Source: Azolla caroliniana (taxonomy: Eukaryota > Plantae > Polypodiophyta). Taken from it: DNA of 64,000 nt. The notes under the pieces were generated by a model. The model was not told the DNA's origin. It saw nothing but the letters and a program-made list of their open reading frames with translations, and did not search any database. The position numbers were made by a program, and so were the translations under genes. Shown piece by piece: positions 1-10,859 of this stretch. The stretch's first letter is position 1, and the number at the start of each line of letters is the position of its first letter. Location of the stretch: positions 310,001-374,000 of the forward strand of contig JBHGNT010000025.1 of NCBI GenBank assembly GCA_043228905.1, written 5' to 3'.

Positions 1-592
1 AACATGCGAATCGAAGCTCACAACGCTAGCTATTCTATGGAACTAAAAAATCAAGATTTTGAAACTCAGGTCGAGAGATACGAAGAAATTAGCAATCTTG
101 AGGAGGGAGTTGAGAGGAGCCCTTGAGTATATTAAAATATTTATACCTGGCTCGTGTGATATCGGATTTTTGTGTTCAAACATGCGAATCGAAGCTAACA
201 ACGCTAGCTATGACATGGTATTAAAAAATCAAGAGTTTGAAACTCAGGTGGAGAGACATGACGAAATTACCTAATTTGAGGAGTGAGTTGAGAGGAGCCC
301 TTGAGTACATTAAAATGTTCATACCTGGCTCGTGTGATATCGGATTTTTGTGTTCAAACATGCGAATCGAAGCTAACAATACTAGCTATTATATGGACCT
401 AAAAAATCAAGATTTTGAAACTTAGGTCGAGAGATATGAAGAAATTAGCAATCTTGAGGAGGGAGTTGAGAGGAGCCCTTGAGTACATTAAAATGTTCAT
501 ACCTGGCGCGTGTGATATCGGATTTTTGTGTTCAAACATGCGAATCGAAGCTAACAACGGTAGCTATGATATGGAACTAAAAAATCAAGATT

Positions 593-716
593 TTGAAACT
601 CAGTTCGAGAGATATGAAGAAATTAGCAATCTTGAGGAGGGAGTTGAGAGGAGCCCTTGAGTACATTATTATGTTCATACCTGGCGCGTGTGATATCGGA
701 TTCAAAAATCATGATT
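593..716. repeat. 124-bp truncated monomer (54-bp deletion); further copies at ~4276, ~4934 and ~8617
   Basis: Junction TGATATCGGATT|CAAAAATCATGATTTCG at ~700, 4383, 5041 and 8724. Confidence 0.95.
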
Positions 717-3700
717 TCGAAATTGAGGTCGAGAGACATGAAGAAATTAGCAATCTTGAGGAGGGAGTTGAGAGGAGCCCTTGAGTATATTAAAATGTTT
801 ATACCTGGCTCGTGTGATATCGGATTTTTGTGTTCAAACATGCGAATCGAAGCTAACAACGCTAGCTATGACATGGTATTAAAAAATCAAGAGTTTGAAA
901 CTCAGGTGGAGAGACATGACGAAATTACCTAATTTGAGGAGTGAGTTCGGAGGAGCCCTTGAGTACATTAAAATGTTCATACCTGGCTCGTGTGATATCG
1001 GATTTTTGTGTTCAAACATGCGAATCGAAGCTAACAATGCTAGCTATTATATGGAACTAAAAAATCAAGATTTTGAAACTCAGGTCGAGAGATATGAAGA
1101 AATTAGCAATCTTGAGGAGGGAGTTGAGAGGAGCCCTTGAGTACATTAAAATGTTCATACCTGGCGCGTGTGATATCGGATTTTTGTGTTCAAACATGCG
1201 AATCGAAGCTAACAATGCTAGCTATTCTATGGAACTAAAAAATCAAGATTTTGAAACTCAGGTCGAGAGATATGAAGAAATTAGCAATCTTGAGGAGGGA
1301 GTTGAGAGGAGCCCTTGAGTATATTAAAATGTTTATACCTGGCTCGTGTGATATCGGATTTTTGTGTTCAAACATGCGCATCGAAGCTAACAACGCTAGC
1401 TATGACATGGTATTAAAAAATCAAGAGTTTGAAACTCAGGTGGAGAGACATGACGAAATTACCTAATTTGAGGAGTGAGTTGAGAGGAGCCCTTGAGTAC
1501 ATTAAAATGTTCATACCTGGCTCGTGTGATATCGGATTTTTGTGTTCAAACATGCGAATCGAAGCTAACAATGCTAGCTATTATATGGACCTAAAAAATC
1601 AAGATTTTGAAACTCAGGTCGAGAGATATGAAGAAATTAGCAATCTTGAGGAGGGAGTTGAGAGGAGCCCTTGAGTACATTAAAATGTTCATACCTGGCG
1701 CGTGTGATATCGGATTTTTGTGTTCAAACATGCGAATCGAAGCTCACAACGCTAGCTATTATATCGTATTAAAAAATCAAGATTTTGAAACTCAGGTCGA
1801 GAGATATGAAGAAATTAGCAATCTTGAGGAGGGAGTTGAGAGGAGCCCTTGAGTACATTAAAATGTTCATACCTGGCGCGTGTGATATCGGATTTTTGTG
1901 TTCAAACATGCGAATCGAAGCTATCAACACTAGCTATTCTATGGAACTAAAAAATCAAGATTTTGAAACTCAGGTCGAGAGATATGAAGAAATTAGCAAT
2001 CTTTAGGAGGGAGTTGAGAGGAGCCCTTGAGTAAATTAAAATGTTCATACCTGGCTCGTGTGATATCGGATTTTTGTGTTCAAACATGCGAATCGAAGCT
2101 AACAACGCTAGCTATGACATGGTATTAAAAAATCAAGAGTTTGAAACTCAGGTGGAGAGACATGACGAAAGTACCTAATTTGAGGAGTGAGTTGAGAGGA
2201 GCCCTTGAGTACATTAAAATGTTCATACCTGGCTCGTGTGATATCGGATTTTTGTGTTCAAACATGCGAATCGAAGCTAACAATGCTAGCTATTATATGG
2301 ACCTAAAAAATCAAGATTTTGAAACTCAGGTCGAGAGATATGAAGAAATTAGCAATCTTGAGGAGGGAGTTGAGAGGAGCCCTTGAGTACATTAAAATGT
2401 TCATACCTGGCGCGTGTGATATCGGATTTTTGTGTTCAAACATGCGAATCGAAGCTAACAACGGTAGCTATGATATGGAACTAAAAAATCAAGATTTTGA
2501 AACTCAGGTCGAGAGACATGAAGAAATTAGCAATCTTGAGGAGGGAGTTGAGAGGAGCCCTTGAGTATATTAAAATGTTTATACCTGGCTCGTGTGATAT
2601 CGGATTTTTGTGTTCAAACATGCGAATCGAAGCTAACAATGCTAGCTATTATATGGAACTAAAAAATCAAGATTTTGAAACTCAGGTCGAGAGATATGAA
2701 GAAATTAGCAATCTTGAGGAGGGAGTTGAGAGGAGCCCTTGAGTAAATTAAAATGTTCATACCTGGCTCGTGTGATATCGGATTTTTGTGTTCAAACATG
2801 CGAATCGAAGCTAACAACGCTAGCTATTATATGGAACTAAAAAATCAAGATTTTGAAACTCAGGTCGAGAGATATGAAGAAATTAGCAATCTTGAGGAGG
2901 GAGTTGGGAGGAGCCCTTGAGTAAATTAAAATGTTCATACCTGGCTCGTGTGATATCGGATTTTTGTGTTCAAACATGCGAATCGAAGCTCACAACGCTA
3001 GCTATGATATGGTATTAAAAAATCATGATTTTGAAATTGAGGTCGAGAGACATGAAGAAATTAGCAATCTTGAGGAGGAAGTTGAAAGGAGCCCTTCAGT
3101 AAATTAAAATGTTCATACCTGGCTCGTGTGATATCGGATTTTTGTGTTCAAACATGTGAACGCAGCTAACAACGCTAGCTATGACATGGTATTAAGAAAT
3201 CAAGATTTTGAAACTCAGGTCGAGAGATATTACGAAATTACCTACTTTGAGGAGGGAGTTGAGACGACCTAGTAGGTAAATTAAAATGTTCATACCTGGC
3301 TCGTGTGATATCGGATTTTTGTGTTCAAACATGCGAATCGAAGCTAACAACGCTAGCTATTATATGGAACTAAAAAAGCAAGATTTTGAGACTCAGGTCG
3401 AGAGATATGAAGAAATTAGCAATCTTGAGGAGGGAGTTGAGAGGAGCACTTGAGTATATTAAAATGTTTATACCTGGCTCGTGTGATATCGGATTTTTGT
3501 GTTCAAACATGCGAATCGAAGCTAACAACGCTAGCTATGACATGTTATTAAAAAATCAAGATTTTGAAACTCAGGTAGAGAGACATGACGAAATTACCTA
3601 ATTTGAGGACTAAGTTGAGACGACCTAGTAGGTAAATTAAAATGTTCATACCTGGCTCGTGTGATATCGGATTTTTGTGTTCAAACATGCGAATCGAAGC

Positions 3701-4275
3701 TCACAACGCTAGCTATTCTATGGAACTAAAAAATCAAGATTTTGAAACTCAGGTCGAGAGATACGAAGAAATTAGCAATCTTGAGGAGGGAGTTGAGAGG
3801 AGCCCTTGAGTATATTAAAATATTTATACCTGGCTCGTGTGATATCGGATTTTTGTGTTCAAACATGCGAATCGAAGCTAACAACGCTAGCTATGACATG
3901 GTATTAAAAAATCAAGAGTTTGAAACTCAGGTGGAGAGACATGACGAAATTACCTAATTTGAGGAGTGAGTTGAGAGGAGCCCTTGAGTACATTAAAATG
4001 TTCATACCTGGCTCGTGTGATATCGGATTTTTGTGTTCAAACATGCGAATCGAAGCTAACAATACTAGCTATTATATGGACCTAAAAAATCAAGATTTTG
4101 AAACTTAGGTCGAGAGATATGAAGAAATTAGCAATCTTGAGGAGGGAGTTGAGAGGAGCCCTTGAGTACATTAAAATGTTCATACCTGGCGCGTGTGATA
4201 TCGGATTTTTGTGTTCAAACATGCGAATTGAAGCTAACAACGGTAGCTATGATATGGAACTAAAAAATCAAGATT

Positions 4276-5590
4276 TTGAAACTCAGGTCGAGAGATATGA
4301 AGAAATTAGCAATCTTGAGGAGGGAGTTGAGAGGAGCCCTTGAGTACATTATTATGTTCATACCTGGCGCGTGTGATATCGGATTCAAAAATCATGATTT
4401 CGAAATTGAGGTCGAGAGACATGAAGAAATTAGCAATCTTGAGGAGGGAGTTGAGAGGAGCCCTTGAGTATATTAAAATGTTTATACCTGGCTCGTGTGA
4501 TATCGGATTTTTGTGTTCAAACATGCGAATCGAAGCTAACAACGCTAGCTATGACATGGTATTAAAAAATCAAGAGTTTGAAACTCAGGTGGAGAGACAT
4601 GACGAAATTACCTAATTTGAGGAGTGAGTTCGGAGGAGCCCTTGAGTACATTAAAATGTTCATACCTGGCTCGTGTGATATCGGATTTTTGTGTTCAAAC
4701 ATGCGAATCGAAGCTAACAATGCTAGCTATTATATGGAACTAAAAAATCAAGATTTTGAAACTCAGGTCGAGAGATATGAAGAAATTAGCAATCTTGAGG
4801 AGGGAGTTGAGAGGAGCCCTTGAGTACATTAAAATGTTCATACCTGGCGCGTGTGATATCGGATTTTTGTGTTCAAACATGCGAATCGAAGCTAACAATG
4901 CTAGCTATTATATGGAACTAAAAAATCAAGATTTTGAAACTCAGGTCGAGAGATATGAAGAAATTAGCAATCTTGAGGAGGGAGTTGAGAGGAGCCCTTG
5001 AGTACATTATTATGTTCATACCTGGCGCGTGTGATATCGGATTCAAAAATCATGATTTCGAAATTGAGGTCGAGAGACATGAAGAAATTAGCAATCTTGA
5101 GGAGGGAGTTGAGAGGAGCCCTTGAGTATATTAAAATGTTTATACCTGGCTCGTGTGATATCGGATTTTTGTGTTCAAACATGCGAATCGAAGCTAACAA
5201 CGCTAGCTATGACATGGTATTAAAAAATCAAGAGTTTGAAACTCAGGTGGAGAGACATGACGAAATTACCTAATTTGAGGAGTGAGTTCGGAGGAGCCCT
5301 TGAGTACATTAAAATGTTCATACCTGGCTCGTGTGATATCGGATTTTTGTGTTCAAACATGCGAATCGAAGCTAACAATGCTAGCTATTATATGGAACTA
5401 AAAAATCAAGATTTTGAAACTCAGGTCGAGAGATATGAAGAAATTAGCAATCTTGAGGAGGGAGTTGAGAGGAGCCCTTGAGTACATTAAAATGTTCATA
5501 CCTGGCGCGTGTGATATCGGATTTTTGTGTTCAAACATGGGAATCGAAGCTAACAATGCTAGCTATTCTATGGAACTAAAAAATCAAGAT
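4276..5590. repeat. 658-bp (4-monomer) tandem duplication inside the second HOR copy
   Basis: The 124-bp deletion monomer and the GAGTTCGGAGG marker each occur twice, 658 bp apart (junctions at 4383 and 5041). 658 = 124+3x178. Confidence 0.9.
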
Positions 5591-8500
5591 TTTGAAACTC
5601 AGGTCGAGAGATATGAAGAAATTAGCAATCTTGAGGAGGGAGTTGAGAGGAGCCCTTGAGTATATTAAAATGTTTATACCTGGCTCGTGTGATATCGGAT
5701 TTTTGTGTTCAAACATGCGCATCGAAGCTAACAACGCTAGCTATGACATGGTATTAAAAAATCAAGAGTTTGAAACTCAGGTGGAGAGACATGACGAAAT
5801 TACCTAATTTGAGGAGTGAGTTGAGAGGAGCCCTTGAGTACATTAAAATGTTCATACCTGGCTCGTGTGATATCGGATTTTTGTGTTCAAACATGCGAAT
5901 CGAAGCTAACAATGCTAGCTATTATATGGACCTAAAAAATCAAGATTTTGAAACTCAGGTCGAGAGATATGAAGAAATTAGCAATCTTGAGGAGGGAGTT
6001 GAGAGGAGCCCTTGAGTACATTAAAATGTTCATACCTGGCGCGTGTGATATCGGATTTTTGTGTTCAAACATGCGAATCGAAGCTCACAACGCTAGCTAT
6101 TATATCGTATTAAAAAATCAAGATTTTGAAACTCAGGTCGAGAGATATGAAGAAATTAGCAATCTTGAGGAGGGAGTTGAGAGGAGCCCTTGAGTACATT
6201 AAAATGTTCATACCTGGCGCGTGTGATATCGGATTTTTGTGTTCAAACATGCGAATCGAAGCTATCAACACTAGCTATTCTATGGAACTAAAAAATCAAG
6301 ATTTTGAAACTCAGGTCGAGAGATATGAAGAAATTAGCAATCTTGAGGAGGGAGTTGAGAGGAGCCCTTGAGTAAATTAAAATGTTCATACCTGGCTCGT
6401 GTGATATCGGATTTTTGTGTTCAAACATGCGAATCGAAGCTAACAACGCTAGCTATGACATGGTATTAAAAAATCAAGAGTTTGAAACTCAGGTGGAGAG
6501 ACATGACGAAATTACCTAATTTGAGGAGTGAGTTGAGAGGAGCCCTTGAGTACATTAAAATGTTCATACCTGGCTCGTGTGATATCGGATTTTTGTGTTC
6601 AAACATGCGAATCGAAGCTAACAATGCTAGCTATTATATGGACCTAAAAAATCAAGATTTTGAAACTCAGGTCGAGAGATATGAAGAAATTAGCAATCTT
6701 GAGGAGGGAGTTGAGAGGAGCCCTTGAGTACATTAAAATGTTCATACCTGGCGCGTGTGATATCGGATTTTTGTGTTCAAACATGCGAATCGAAGCTAAC
6801 AACGGTAGCTATGATATGGAACTAAAAAATCAAGATTTTGAAACTCAGGTCGAGAGACATGAAGAAATTAGCAATCTTGAGGAGGGAGTTGAGAGGAGCC
6901 CTTGAGTATATTAAAATGTTTATACCTGGCTCGTGTGATATCGGATTTTTGTGTTCAAACATGCGAATCGAAGCTAACAATGCTAGCTATTATATGGAAC
7001 TAAAAAATCAAGATTTTGAAACTCAGGTCGAGAGATATGAAGAAATTAGCAATCTTGAGGAGGGAGTTGAGAGGAGCCCTTGAGTAAATTAAAATGTTCA
7101 TACCTGGCTCGTGTGATATCGGATTTTTGTGTTCAAACATGCGAATCGAAGCTAACAACGCTAGCTATTATATGGAACTAAAAAATCAAGATTTTGAAAC
7201 TCAGGTCGAGAGATATGAAGAAATTAGCAATCTTGAGGAGGGAGTTGGGAGGAGCCCTTGAGTAAATTAAAATGTTCATACCTGGCTCGTGTGATATCGG
7301 ATTTTTGTGTTCAAACATGCGAATCGAAGCTCACAACGCTAGCTATGATATGGTATTAAAAAATCATGATTTTGAAATTGAGGTCGAGAGACATGAAGAA
7401 ATTAGCAATCTTGAGGAGGAAGTTGAAAGGAGCCCTTCAGTAAATTAAAATGTTCATACCTGGCTCGTGTGATATCGGATTTTTGTGTTCAAACATGTGA
7501 ACGCAGCTAACAACGCTAGCTATGACATGGTATTAAGAAATCAAGATTTTGAAACTCAGGTCGAGAGATATTACGAAATTACCTACTTTGAGGAGGGAGT
7601 TGAGACGACCTAGTAGGTAAATTAAAATGTTCATACCTGGCTCGTGTGATATCGGATTTTTGTGTTCAAACATGCGAATCGAAGCTAACAACGCTAGCTA
7701 TTATATGGAACTAAAAAAGCAAGATTTTGAGACTCAGGTCGAGAGATATGAAGAAATTAGCAATCTTGAGGAGGGAGTTGAGAGGAGCACTTGAGTATAT
7801 TAAAATGTTTATACCTGGCTCGTGTGATATCGGATTTTTGTGTTCAAACATGCGAATCGAAGCTAACAACGCTAGCTATGACATGTTATTAAAAAATCAA
7901 GATTTTGAAACTCAGGTAGAGAGACATGACGAAATTACCTAATTTGAGGACTAAGTTGAGACGACCTAGTAGGTAAATTAAAATGTTCATACCTGGCTCG
8001 TGTGATATCGGATTTTTGTGTTCAAACATGCGAATCGAAGCTCACAACGCTAGCTATTCTATGGAACTAAAAAATCAAGATTTTGAAACTCAGGTCGAGA
8101 GATACGAAGAAATTAGCAATCTTGAGGAGGGAGTTGAGAGGAGCCCTTGAGTATATTAAAATATTTATACCTGGCTCGTGTGATATCGGATTTTTGTGTT
8201 CAAACATGCGAATCGAAGCTAACAACGCTAGCTATGACATGGTATTAAAAAATCAAGAGTTTGAAACTCAGGTGGAGAGACATGACGAAATTACCTAATT
8301 TGAGGAGTGAGTTGAGAGGAGCCCTTGAGTACATTAAAATGTTCATACCTGGCTCGTGTGATATCGGATTTTTGTGTTCAAACATGCGAATCGAAGCTAA
8401 CAATACTAGCTATTATATGGACCTAAAAAATCAAGATTTTGAAACTTAGGTCGAGAGATATGAAGAAATTAGCAATCTTGAGGAGGGAGTTGAGAGGAGC

Positions 8501-10859
8501 CCTTGAGTACATTAAAATGTTCATACCTGGCGCGTGTGATATCGGATTTTTGTGTTCAAACATGCGAATCGAAGCTAACAACGGTAGCTATGATATGGAA
8601 CTAAAAAATCAAGATTTTGAAACTCAGGTCGAGAGATATGAAGAAATTAGCAATCTTGAGGAGGGAGTTGAGAGGAGCCCTTGAGTACATTATTATGTTC
8701 ATACCTGGCGCGTGTGATATCGGATTCAAAAATCATGATTTCGAAATTGAGGTCGAGAGACATGAAGAAATTAGCAATCTTGAGGAGGGAGTTGAGAGGA
8801 GCCCTTGAGTATATTAAAATGTTTATACCTGGCTCGTGTGATATCGGATTTTTGTGTTCAAACATGCGAATCGAAGCTAACAACGCTAGCTATGACATGG
8901 TATTAAAAAATCAAGAGTTTGAAACTCAGGTGGAGAGACATGACGAAATTACCTAATTTGAGGAGTGAGTTCGGAGGAGCCCTTGAGTACATTAAAATGT
9001 TCATACCTGGCTCGTGTGATATCGGATTTTTGTGTTCAAACATGCGAATCGAAGCTAACAATGCTAGCTATTATATGGAACTAAAAAATCAAGATTTTGA
9101 AACTCAGGTCGAGAGATATGAAGAAATTAGCAATCTTGAGGAGGGAGTTGAGAGGAGCCCTTGAGTACATTAAAATGTTCATACCTGGCGCGTGTGATAT
9201 CGGATTTTTGTGTTCAAACATGCGAATCGAAGCTAACAATGCTAGCTATTATATGGAACTAAAAAATCAAGATTTTGAAACTCAGGTCGAGAGATATGAA
9301 GAAATTAGCAATCTTGAGGAGGGAGTTGAGAGGAGCCCTTGAGTACATTATTATGTTCATACCTGGCGCGTGTGATATCGGATTTTTGTGTTCAAACATG
9401 CGAATCGAAGCTAACAACACTAGCTATTCTATGGAACTAAAAAATCAAGATTTTGAAACTCAGGTCGAGAGATATGAAGAAATTAGCAATCTTGAGGAGG
9501 GAGTTGAGAGGAGCCCTTGAGTACATTATTATGTTCATACCTGGCGCGTGTGATATCGGATTTTTGTGTTCAAACATGCGAATCGAAGCTCACAACGCTA
9601 GCTATTCTATGGAACTAAAAAATCAAGATTTTGAAACTCAGGTCGAGAGATATGAAGAAATTAGCAATCTTGAGGAGGGAGTTGAGAGGAGCCCTTGAGT
9701 AAATTAAAATGTTCATACCTGGCTCGTGTGATATCGGATTTTTGTGTTCAAACATGCGAATCGAAGCTCACAACGCTAGCTATGATATGGTATTAAAAAA
9801 TCATGATTTTGAAATTGAGGTCGAGAGACATGAAGAAATTAGCAATCTTGAGGAGGGAGTTGAGAGGAGCCCTTGAGTAAATTAAAATGTTCATACCTGG
9901 CTCGTGTGATATCGGATTTTTGTGTTCAAACATGTGAATCGCAGCTAACAACGCTAGCTATGACATGGTATTAAGAAATCAAGATTTTGAAACTCAGGTC
10001 GAGAGACATGACGAAATTACCTAATTTGAGGAGGGAGTTGAGACGACCTAGTAGGTAAATTAAAATGTTCATACCTGGCTCGTGTGATATCGGATTTTTG
10101 TGTTCAAACATGCGAATCGAAGCTAACAACGCTAGCTATGATATGGAACTAAAAAATCAAGATTTTGAAACTCAGGTCGAGAGACATGACGAAATTACCA
10201 AATTGGAGGAGGGAGTTGAGAGGAGCCCTTGAGTATATTAAAATGTTCATACCTGGCGTGTGTGATATCGGATTTTTGTGTTCAAACATGCGAATCAAAG
10301 CTAACAACGCTAGCTATGACATGGTATTAAAAAATCAAGATTTTGAAACTCAGGTCGAGAGATATGAAGAAATTAGCAATCTTGAGGAGGGAGTTGAGAG
10401 GAGCCCTTGAGTAAATGAAAATGTTCATACCTGGCTCGTGTGATATCGGATTTTTGTGTTCAAACATGCGAATCGAAGCTAAAAACGCTAGCTATGATAT
10501 GGTATTCAAAAATCATGATTTCGAAATTGAGGTCGAGAGACATGAAGAAATTAGCAATCTTGAGGAGGGAGTTGAGAGGAGCCCTTGAGTACAATAAAAT
10601 GTTCATACCTGGCGCGTGTGATATCGGATTTTTGTGTTCAAACATGCGAATCGAAGCTAACAACGGTAGCTATGATATGGAACTAAAAAATCAAGATTTT
10701 GAAACTCAGGTCGAGAGATATGAAGAAATTAGCAATCTTGAGGAGGGAGTTGAGAGGAGCCCTTGAGTATATTAAAATGTTTATACCTCGCTCGTGTGAT
10801 ATCGCATTTTTGTGTTCAAACATGCGAATCGAAGCTAACAACGCTAGCTATGACATGGT

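Larger units (their letters stand above)
1..9380. repeat. HOR domain: 3683-bp 21-mer, followed by a 4341-bp 25-mer derivative and a partial third copy
   Basis: The same ordered series of monomer variants starts at 59, 3742 and 8083. Private markers include AAAATATTTAT, AATACTAGC, GAGTTCGGAGG and AAAAAGCAAG. 3683 = 19x178+177+124 and 4341 = 3683+658. Confidence 0.93.

Noticed and set aside
1-178. Identity with Arabidopsis CEN178 or primate alpha satellite
   Set aside because: Only the length is similar. I see no HindIII AAGCTT-anchored CEN178 consensus and no CENP-B box (TTCGNNNNANNCGGG).
1-178. Monomer built from two 89-bp halves
   Set aside because: Direct comparison of the halves shows no alignment. 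Only short scattered internal similarities exist.
148-184. Pol III A/B-box resemblance (TGGCTCGTGTG ... GTTCAAACA) suggesting a tRNA or SINE origin
   Set aside because: Both boxes mismatch the consensus, and the spacing (~26 bp) is too short. A T5 terminator-like run lies between them and no cloverleaf is evident.
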